DNA of 64,000 nt from Bacilli bacterium (lineage in GTDB: Bacteria; Bacillota_I; Bacilli_A; RFN20; CAG-826): contig JAZQVN010000015.1 of assembly GCA_045631885.1 (NCBI GenBank), positions 2,452-66,451 of the forward strand. The letters run 5' to 3'. The notes beneath the pieces are model-generated. The model was not told the origin of the DNA and searched no databases. It saw only the letters and a program-made list of their open reading frames with translations. The position numbers and the translations under genes were made by a program. Shown piece by piece: positions 31,077 through 38,811 of this stretch (its first letter is position 1; each line of letters begins with the position of its first letter).

Positions 31077-31997
31077 ATGAGTTCGTTTAAAGATTTAAGA
31101 ATTGTCGATAACTTCTATCAGACAAGTGCATTTTTCCCAATGCCCACTATTTTGATTTCTACCTTAGATGAAGAAGGTAACACAACATTAGGAGCCTACT
31201 CCTTATGCTTCCCTTATTACATCGCTGGTAAGAGTTATTATGCGATGATATTAGAATGTCGTAATTCATCTAACACCGCGCAGAATATCTTAAGAACAGG
31301 TAAGTGCGCGTTAAATTTCTTAGAAGATGATAGAAAAGATTTTGCCACTACTGTTAAATTAGGTTTCCCAGGTGAAACACCAAAAGAGAAGATGGCTAAA
31401 TCTAATTTTGTTTTAGAGAAAGGACAAGCTGAGGGAGAAAGACCTTTAGTCATCCAAAAAGCTTACCAGGTCTTTGAATGTACTTGGGATGATACTTTAG
31501 AGGATGCATATGAAGACAAGACTAAAATCGGCCAATTAGAAGGTATTGAAGGACCATATCGTAACTTCAATGGTGTTACTTCTAAATTCGGATGCCACTT
31601 CATCTTAAAAATCGATAAGATCCTCATGAAAGAGAAATTCTATAACGCGATTATTAACGGAGTCAAAGCTAATAACTTCCCAAAAGTTCCTGTTGATTAT
31701 GGTTATAGAGATTCCACATATTTCTGGTATACAAGATTTAAATCTAAACCAATTAAAGAACCTATTCCCGCGGGAAAAGAAGCAAGTGTTGATTCAGTCA
31801 TGTACGCGGCTAATAGAATTGATGACAAGATTAAATTCACTAAAGAAGCTTGCCAGATGATTGTGAAGATTCCTCGTGTCTTCTTAAAAGCGGCTTTAAC
31901 TCAAATGGTCAATTATGCAAGAGAAAAAGGTTGGACATTAATTGATGTCGAACAGATGAAAGAAATTCGCGATAAAAGAAGCAAAGAAAAGAAATAA
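31077..31997 (+). CDS. Flavin-reductase-like (DIM6/NTAB) protein with a C-terminal PCP_red-like helical domain
   Basis: FFPMP, SSNTAQNILRTGKCALNF; C-terminus FTKEA...KIPRVFLK...YAREKG. Confidence 0.7.
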   Translation: MSSFKDLRIVDNFYQTSAFFPMPTILISTLDEEGNTTLGAYSLCFPYYIAGKSYYAMILECRNSSNTAQNILRTGKCALNFLEDDRKDFATTVKLGFPGETPKEKMAKSNFVLEKGQAEGERPLVIQKAYQVFECTWDDTLEDAYEDKTKIGQLEGIEGPYRNFNGVTSKFGCHFILKIDKILMKEKFYNAIINGVKANNFPKVPVDYGYRDSTYFWYTRFKSKPIKEPIPAGKEASVDSVMYAANRIDDKIKFTKEACQMIVKIPRVFLKAALTQMVNYAREKGWTLIDVEQMKEIRDKRSKEKK

Positions 31998-32184
31998 TTC
32001 AAAATTTTAACTAGATTAAGACCTTTAAGGTCTTTTTCTTTTTGCCAAAAAATTTTTTAAAGAAATTTACGATTTTTTGCGACAAAATGACCATTTTTTT
32101 TCGCATTAGTATATGGAGGCTTAAAATAGTGTTTCAACATTATAGGCAGCTTTCGTCCGTCCTCTCGGAAGGGAGGATTAATAC

Positions 32185-32268
32185 TTGCTAGGACTCTTGG
32201 CCAGGAGAGTAGCAATACTTCTTCTGGTAATTGTGTTGGTTCTATTATTTGCCGGCTTGTCCGCCTAG
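32185..32268 (+). CDS. 27-aa hydrophobic peptide, candidate type I toxin (MLGLLARRVAILLLVIVLVLLFAGLSA)
   Basis: TTG start 8 nt after GGAGG (32172-32176); SD sequestered in hairpin TCCTCTC-ggaa-GGGAGGA; RR followed by one TM helix. Confidence 0.65.
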   Translation: MLGLLARRVAILLLVIVLVLLFAGLSA

Positions 32269-32276
32269 GTAGAATT

Positions 32277-32338
32277 GAAAAAAGGCTCCCGAGGGAGTCT
32301 TCCATAACGAGAGGTTGACGTTAACAACCTCCCCACAC
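32277..32338 (-). ncRNA. Small RNA copy 1 (about 62 nt), candidate antitoxin or sRNA
   Basis: Promoter TTGAAA(32373-32368)-17-TAAAAT(32350-32345); hairpin GAGGTTG-TTAACGT-CAACCTC; terminator with U6. Confidence 0.65.
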
Positions 32339-32432
32339 AATTTTATTTTAACGATAACAGGAGCGCATTTCAAGTAGGACGGGGCTCCCGCCTCCTAGAA
32401 CACTCGTTTTGGCAATAGCGCTTAGGTAGAAT

Positions 32433-32498
32433 CAAAAAAGAGATCCCGTGAAGGATCTCCAACTACCGAGAGGTTGACGTTAACAACCTCCCCACAAC
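32433..32498 (-). ncRNA. Small RNA copy 2 (about 65 nt)
   Basis: Promoter TAGAAA(32533-32528)-17-TACAAT(32510-32505); same 30-nt core as copy 1; different terminator GAGATCC-ttcacg-GGATCTC followed by a T-tract. Confidence 0.65.
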
Positions 32499-32536
32499 AA
32501 TTATATTGTAACGATAACAGGAGCGTATTTCTAGCG

Positions 32537-35500
32537 TTACTTGTTCTTTCTTAACTCTTCGATTAACTTGTATTCGTCTAATGGTTTATAGAAGTGATAA
32601 CCTTGACAGTTGCATCTCTTATCCATGTCTCTTAATAAAACGTATTGGTCAGAGTTTTCAACACCGACGAATGTAATCTTTAAGTCATGTTCTTGAGATA
32701 ACTTGTCTAAGGAAGTAATTTCCGCTAAATGCTTTGGATTAACTTCGATATCACCAACTAAAGAACGGCCAATCTTGATTTCGGTAAATCCTAATGATTT
32801 AACTTGTTCTAATGATAAGTATTCACCAGAATATTGGTCGACAATCAAAGCAATATGGTGATTTAAGATACCTCTAGCGATACCTTTAAATTGATCCATG
32901 TGAGAATAGATTTCTTTTTCCGTAATTTCAAATCCTAAGAAGTCTCTTGGTAAATGATAATTATTGAATAAGTCGAAGATACTTTGGAAGAAACCGGGAT
33001 CATCGAAATATGAGAAGTCTGTGTTCATTGTTAAACGAGTGAAACCAAAGACTTTAAAGATGGTTAAACCATGTTGTTGATATAATTCACCTATGTAATT
33101 AATTAAGGCGTTAGAAATGAGAGAGATCTTGCCGTTTTTCGCGGCGACTTTGATTAACTCGTCGGCATTAAAGACACTATTACGATAGTTATCGGAAAGA
33201 CGGATAAGAATTTCAGCGCCATAGATTGATTTATCATTAGCCCTCACCATTGGTTGAAGAGCAACGGAGAATGTTTTATTACCGAATTGTTCTTCGATGA
33301 CGGATAACATAAATTCATTTCTACTCGCGCTTCTGACATAGTCGCTGTCTGGGAAGTCAATCTTATCTTCATTGATAACAAAGTCCATACTGTTGAAGTG
33401 ACGTAAGGTGTATTTTAAGAAGTCTTCCGCGTTCGCATATTGTTGAGGGAAGGAGTATGGGAGATATGTTCCTTTGAAGGAATAATTTACCCCATTATAT
33501 TGATAATACTTCTTACTGACGTCATAGATCTTTTCAATGAAGTTAACAATATCGATTTGACCAGTTTCTGGTAATAAAATCGCTATTGATTCCGGGCTAA
33601 AATAGAAGATATTCGCATTTTGTTGACGAATTCCTTTGATTTCTTTAATGAATTGTCTAACTAAATATAAATAACCTTCAGAGCCAGCTTCTGCGAGAAT
33701 CGCATCGTGGTTATCGATACGTAAAACTAATAAGTATCCTCTCGCGTTAACTGTGTATAAATTTTCAATTGCTAACTTTAATGAATAATAGGAATTGATG
33801 AGCAAGTCGTTATCAAAACGGTTCGTGGTTTCTTCGCCTTTTTGTAAACGACGGACAAACATTCTGATTAACTTTTGTTTAGAATCATTTAACGTTAAAG
33901 CGGTCTCAAACATGTCGTGCGCGGTCTCACTAATCATCTTCTTATTTGTCTTAAGAGGGCAATTTTGACAAACGCCATCTAAGCCATATAACGCTTTAAA
34001 ACATTTCTCTCCAACTTTGGCTTTTGGGAAGAACGCATTAAAGTGTTGAGAGAAGCTCGTTAAGTCATATGTATTACGATCAATACGATATAAAGCGTAG
34101 TTACTTGTCATCATCACGCTATTGATTTCGCGATACGCTTCACTAATCTTTGAGGCATCATCAGAAAGCATGAAGAAGTCACCAATACGATAAGAAAGGA
34201 TGAACATCGCTTCTCTGATATATGAGTCGATGAATAAGTCTTTATTCTTGTTGAAGAAATAGATGACTGCGACGACGTTTCCTTGGTTATGGACTAAATA
34301 ATAGAAACCACCAGAAACGTTAATCTTATCGAGGAATTTCGCTAACTTATAACCCGCGTGTTTTCTGCTTGCGAAATAGCAGGAATCATCTGGGTCTTTT
34401 GTTTCTTCCATCGCTAAGACGAAGTTCTTATCAATCATCGCGCCTTCTTTAAAGACTTCTTCTTTATCTTTTGAGATATAAAGTAAGGAATAATAAGAAT
34501 CATTAACATCATCTAAAGTAATAACACCGCCAAAATCGATATCGAGATAGGTGATTAAATCTTTAAATGTATTTCTCATTGAATTCAAAGACGCTTCTCT
34601 TTCAGAAGAAGAAACTTTTAATTCCGGTAATTGTCCTAAAATACGGGACATGTTATTTAAGTTCAAAGAATTTTGTAAGATTAAGTTTTCTGATAAGGCT
34701 GTTAAACGATTTGGTAAATAAAGGTTCATTAATTGGCCTTGTCTTTTCGCGTACTGTAAATCTGGGAATAATTCATCGATGTTACTATATGGATAACAGA
34801 CAATAGAGAATCTCGCGTTTATTGTAGATAAACCATCGAATGTCTTCTTCGCGATTGATAAATCTTTCATCGCCGCGGTTAATCTTTCTTGAATATGAGA
34901 GAAAGAATTAATTCTTGGTAAGAAAACATAAAAACCAGTTTGGTTGTCATTTGGAATAAATAAGATATTTGGATATTCTTCAAAATTAAGCGTTAATGTT
35001 GAAATAATGCGTTTAGATTCTTCTTCATTAATCGTATCTTCATCTAAATCATAGAAGACTTCGATAATGACATTTCTAAAGTTTTGGGAACAATAAATTA
35101 AAGAACGAAGTTCACTTTTAAATGATTCCAAAGTAACTAATTTATCTTCTAAAGAGATGTAGTTAAGTGGAATATAAGCTTTAGAAATATCATTAGATAT
35201 CATCGTCGCATTAGAAACGATGGTATTAAAGTTATCTAAATCGGCGTTTAATTTATCAAATTCATCAATTCTGGTGTTGGTTGGGAAGCTCGCTCTAGTT
35301 GGAATGTTGTTAGAGAAGTTTCTTAACATAATTGATGTTGTTTTATATAGACCATCAACATAAGTTTCTTTTAAACGGAAATAAATGATGATTGAAATAA
35401 CGCCATACGCTAAAGATAAAACGAGAACATAAATTCCTGCGATTGTTAAAAATATATCGTTTCCTGTGGAGATATGAAGGTAGCCAAAAATGACAAATCC

Positions 35501-35590
35501 CACGAGGATAAGGATAAGAGCCACTCCTGGAATTAAGAAAGAGAGGAAGAAGCTCGCGGACATTGAGATTTTTTTATTCTTTTTTGCCAT
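32537..35590 (-). CDS. Membrane protein with degenerate GGDEF, GAF-like and degenerate EAL domains (probable c-di-GMP receptor)
   Basis: 2 N-terminal TMs; C-terminal LQP..GAEILIR, FEITE, DQYSGEY (in place of DDFGTGY), VGVE, QGYHFYKP. Start MAKKNKK at 35590. Confidence 0.8.
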   Translation of the reverse strand: MAKKNKKISMSASFFLSFLIPGVALILILVGFVIFGYLHISTGNDIFLTIAGIYVLVLSLAYGVISIIIYFRLKETYVDGLYKTTSIMLRNFSNNIPTRASFPTNTRIDEFDKLNADLDNFNTIVSNATMISNDISKAYIPLNYISLEDKLVTLESFKSELRSLIYCSQNFRNVIIEVFYDLDEDTINEEESKRIISTLTLNFEEYPNILFIPNDNQTGFYVFLPRINSFSHIQERLTAAMKDLSIAKKTFDGLSTINARFSIVCYPYSNIDELFPDLQYAKRQGQLMNLYLPNRLTALSENLILQNSLNLNNMSRILGQLPELKVSSSEREASLNSMRNTFKDLITYLDIDFGGVITLDDVNDSYYSLLYISKDKEEVFKEGAMIDKNFVLAMEETKDPDDSCYFASRKHAGYKLAKFLDKINVSGGFYYLVHNQGNVVAVIYFFNKNKDLFIDSYIREAMFILSYRIGDFFMLSDDASKISEAYREINSVMMTSNYALYRIDRNTYDLTSFSQHFNAFFPKAKVGEKCFKALYGLDGVCQNCPLKTNKKMISETAHDMFETALTLNDSKQKLIRMFVRRLQKGEETTNRFDNDLLINSYYSLKLAIENLYTVNARGYLLVLRIDNHDAILAEAGSEGYLYLVRQFIKEIKGIRQQNANIFYFSPESIAILLPETGQIDIVNFIEKIYDVSKKYYQYNGVNYSFKGTYLPYSFPQQYANAEDFLKYTLRHFNSMDFVINEDKIDFPDSDYVRSASRNEFMLSVIEEQFGNKTFSVALQPMVRANDKSIYGAEILIRLSDNYRNSVFNADELIKVAAKNGKISLISNALINYIGELYQQHGLTIFKVFGFTRLTMNTDFSYFDDPGFFQSIFDLFNNYHLPRDFLGFEITEKEIYSHMDQFKGIARGILNHHIALIVDQYSGEYLSLEQVKSLGFTEIKIGRSLVGDIEVNPKHLAEITSLDKLSQEHDLKITFVGVENSDQYVLLRDMDKRCNCQGYHFYKPLDEYKLIEELRKNK

Positions 35591-35594
35591 ACTC

Positions 35595-36329
35595 TTACTC
35601 CCTAATAATGTCATTACGACCAATATCACCGATACAGGTAACAATCGCTCTACCGACCGCGGAATATTGTTTTAAAACATTGATATAACTATCCGCGTTA
35701 GATGGTTGGTCAATTTGATATTCGACAACTTTCACCGCGATAACCGGAATCGAGTGAATTGTCGCCGCTAAGAAGGCTCCACCACTTGTGCAATCGAAAA
35801 CGACATTAGTCTTATGTCCTAAGACATAATCGTTCATGATAAGCGGCATAATCTTATTAGTTTTATCTAAAATACCATTCGCTGAAATATATGTCGCGAC
35901 TTCGTATCTTGAGAAGCTTCTCTTTTCAAGTGCCGCGGAAATATAACCGATAACTTCATCTTGAGATTCTAATGATCTTGGTAAATGAGGTAATTGACCT
36001 AATTTCACATTAGCCTCTTTAACTTGGTCAACATCCCCTAAAATAACTCTACGAGAAATAACAATATCTCCTGGAAGAGTGTCTTTAGAATAAGAGACAC
36101 ATTTACCAACGACAAAGACTAACACGACGAAGTATTTTTGAATAATGTAATTAGTCACTAAAGAAGAAAGGTAAGAGGTGTATAAATCGTAAACTAAAGC
36201 AACTTCTTGGTTGAAGATGGAACCGTATTCCACTTTCACAAAACCAAAAATCGTATCATCTTTACGGTTAGTCATGACACTTTCGTAATACAAGATGTCA
36301 TCGTGTTTGGATCCGAGAATTAAGATCAT
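35595..36329 (-). CDS. MTA/SAH-nucleosidase-fold (PNP_UDP) protein with degenerate active-site motifs
   Basis: Length and pattern match MTAN (PGDIVIS...D, G..P), but the DME and ISD motifs are replaced by DCT and VVE. Confidence 0.6.
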   Translation of the reverse strand: MILILGSKHDDILYYESVMTNRKDDTIFGFVKVEYGSIFNQEVALVYDLYTSYLSSLVTNYIIQKYFVVLVFVVGKCVSYSKDTLPGDIVISRRVILGDVDQVKEANVKLGQLPHLPRSLESQDEVIGYISAALEKRSFSRYEVATYISANGILDKTNKIMPLIMNDYVLGHKTNVVFDCTSGGAFLAATIHSIPVIAVKVVEYQIDQPSNADSYINVLKQYSAVGRAIVTCIGDIGRNDIIRE

Positions 36330-37876
36330 TTTTCACCAGTCTCCTTTCTTTCAAATTGGTTACTGATAAGGAATTTTTCATATTCTTTATATGGCAAAGC
36401 CTGCGAATAGTAGAACCCTTGAATCGTATTACATTTTAATTTTCTTAAGATATCGACTTGTTCTTTGTTATCGACACCTTCAGCGATAACTTCTAGGTCG
36501 TTAGCGAGACATAATTCGATTAAGAATTTAACAATCGCTCTACTCTTTAAGTCAGTGACGATATCATCGATAAATGATTTATCAATCTTAACCGCGTCAA
36601 AAGGAATCTTTCTTAAGTTACCGATATTAGAGAAGCCAACACCGAAGTCATCCATTAAAACCCTGATACCTCTTTCTCTTAATTTCTTAATAATAGAAAT
36701 AGAGGTAAAGGCATTCGCTCTACTCGTCGCTTCAGTAATTTCAATTTCAATAAATGAAGGGTTGATATGATATGTATCTAAGATTTCCATGATGGAATTC
36801 AAGAATTCTGAAGAATAGAACTCATATAATGAGAAATTAATAGAAACTGGAATAATTCTTCTACCTTTTCTCTTCGCTTCGTTTAAGTCTTCACAAACTC
36901 GTTTAAAAACGAATGTATCGATTTCGTGAATTAAACCTGCGGTTTCAACGATTGGAATAAATTTAGAAGGAGGTAATAAACCATGTTTCTTACTATCCCA
37001 TCTAACTAAAGCTTCCGCGGAAATAAATCTACGGCTTTGTAAATTGAATTTTGGTTGATAGAAAACAACGAATTCGTTATTCTCTAACGCTTGAGTAATT
37101 TCATCGATATCTTCTTTGGAAGATCTTCTTCTGAATGATTCGTGATAATAAGTTAAAGTTTCGAAGTTTCTTTCAGAAACGTTTCTTGCGATACCAGCGT
37201 TTTCAATCGCCTCTAATAATGGGAGATCATCTCTCATTTCCGCGACACCAAAGAATGGTTGAACATAAATATGAATTTGATGTTTTTCTGCGATTTGGAA
37301 AATATTAGAGGAAATCTCATCGACTAATTTTCTAATATCGTGTTCATCATCAGTAAAGACATAAAGAAGGAACGCTCCACGATTGAAACAAGCGACACGG
37401 TCACTTCTTCTTCTCCTCTTCTTTTTATCAGTGTAATGGAGAATTTCTTTTAAATAAGAAGCGATTCTCGCATTTAATAATGTAATCGAGTCATCTCTAT
37501 TCGCGTTCTGCATTGTCACTAAGTTTGCCGCGGTTAAGGCGATGACATATTGTTTCTTTTTATTTAAACGTCTATTTTTCTTTAAAGCGAAAACTCTCGC
37601 AGAGAAAGCAGGAATACCAAAGAACGCGGTATTCTCACCTAAGTTATATAAGTTTTCACTTCTTAATGATTTAATTGATGTTGCGATGGATAAATATCTT
37701 GAGAAGAAATAGACATACAAGATAGATGTTCCAGGAATTAAGCTTAATAAAATAAAGTTAATGAAAATTGGCACATCAAGGCCAAGGGCTAAAATCAAAA
37801 TCAAAGCGACAAAGCTAGAAACGAAAATCGCACCTGAAATAATTGATAATATCAAATACACTCTTTTGTTTGGCAT
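36326..37876 (-). CDS. Membrane-bound degenerate-GGDEF / intact-EAL c-di-GMP phosphodiesterase
   Basis: YQPK, AEALVRW, EITE, DDFGVGFS, KIDKSF, AEGVD, QGFYYS. Confidence 0.9.
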   Translation of the reverse strand: MPNKRVYLILSIISGAIFVSSFVALILILALGLDVPIFINFILLSLIPGTSILYVYFFSRYLSIATSIKSLRSENLYNLGENTAFFGIPAFSARVFALKKNRRLNKKKQYVIALTAANLVTMQNANRDDSITLLNARIASYLKEILHYTDKKKRRRRSDRVACFNRGAFLLYVFTDDEHDIRKLVDEISSNIFQIAEKHQIHIYVQPFFGVAEMRDDLPLLEAIENAGIARNVSERNFETLTYYHESFRRRSSKEDIDEITQALENNEFVVFYQPKFNLQSRRFISAEALVRWDSKKHGLLPPSKFIPIVETAGLIHEIDTFVFKRVCEDLNEAKRKGRRIIPVSINFSLYEFYSSEFLNSIMEILDTYHINPSFIEIEITEATSRANAFTSISIIKKLRERGIRVLMDDFGVGFSNIGNLRKIPFDAVKIDKSFIDDIVTDLKSRAIVKFLIELCLANDLEVIAEGVDNKEQVDILRKLKCNTIQGFYYSQALPYKEYEKFLISNQFERKETGEK

Positions 37877-38811
37877 TATTTCTTTCCTTTCCGATTCATC
37901 ATCTCTTCTAACATCTCGCGTTTTAATCTCTCTTTATCCGCTTCGCTGAGTCCATCTAAAGAGCCACCAGAGGAACCACTTGAATTTCCTCCATTACTAT
38001 TATTATCACTCGTTGATGAATTTTCTTCATCAGGTTCTTTAATAGCTTTGAAAATATCTAAGACACTGGTGATAACTAAATAGAAGGCTGGGACTAATAA
38101 AAATACTAACAAACCCCATGGAGAAGAAATAAACCCAAAGAAGCCACCTAAGACATTACTTTTGATTTTAACAACCCCTAATAGCTCTTTTTCTGTAAAG
38201 GCTTGGTATTGACCAAATTGGGATTGGTGTTCACTGGCTCTATTGATACCAGCGACGATGAAGATGTATCTTCCGCTTCCTTCTTCTTTTTCTGGGTGAT
38301 ATTGAATTTCTTGAAGTCTGTGGGTAATGACTTGATTGATATTCATCGTTCTTTCATAGTAATCATGATTTTGTGGAGCGTCCGCTTGTCCGGAATAGCA
38401 ATCCATAAATGTCATATCAATCTTATTACCTTGTAAATAGGAATTATAAATGTCCGCTGGATTATCTTTATGGGTGATAATCGCAATACCAATTGGATAA
38501 GAATCGCTTTCATCAGTGACATTGACCATGGAGTCTGTTTGAATCACGAAACTACCATAGTTATAAGTGAATGTATGACCATAATTCTTATCTTTATCAA
38601 TCATGCCCATTACTTGGCCGATAGCGACGAAAAGGAAAAGCGCGGTGAAAAGACCAGTGATTGTCCATTCAAGAATAATACGAACTTTGCTCTTCTTTTT
38701 CTTTTTTGGTTCTTCACTAGTTGGTTTAACTTCTTGGGCTACTTCGGTTTCTTGACCGCTTAATCCAGGAACTTCTTCACTAACGACTTCTTTTTCTTCT
38801 TCTAACATCAT
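37876..38811 (-). CDS. SipW-like (ER-type Ser/His) signal peptidase I
   Basis: TM, then FVIQTDSM (Ser), VITHRL (His), LLGVV...LGGFFGFISSPWG, second TM. Confidence 0.75.
   Translation of the reverse strand: MMLEEEKEVVSEEVPGLSGQETEVAQEVKPTSEEPKKKKKSKVRIILEWTITGLFTALFLFVAIGQVMGMIDKDKNYGHTFTYNYGSFVIQTDSMVNVTDESDSYPIGIAIITHKDNPADIYNSYLQGNKIDMTFMDCYSGQADAPQNHDYYERTMNINQVITHRLQEIQYHPEKEEGSGRYIFIVAGINRASEHQSQFGQYQAFTEKELLGVVKIKSNVLGGFFGFISSPWGLLVFLLVPAFYLVITSVLDIFKAIKEPDEENSSTSDNNSNGGNSSGSSGGSLDGLSEADKERLKREMLEEMMNRKGKK

Larger units (their letters stand above)
32260..32535. repeat. Imperfect tandem duplication with a 160-bp period
   Basis: Identical 30-mers at 32308-32337 and 32467-32496; shared TAACGATAACAGGAGCG and TAGGTAGAAT. 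Confidence 0.9.

Noticed and set aside
32057-32305. 82-aa minus-strand ORF from the track
   Set aside because: Starts inside the sRNA1 terminator region, has no recognisable features, and lies antisense to the better-supported peptide ORF.
32374-32430. Second toxin ORF in the second repeat unit
   Set aside because: The equivalent frame has a stop a few codons upstream and no SD or start; only a CGC(C/T)TAGGTAGAAT remnant is shared.
32260-32535. 30-bp direct repeats as a mini CRISPR array
   Set aside because: Only two copies, about 130 bp between them, each with its own promoter and terminator, and no cas genes.
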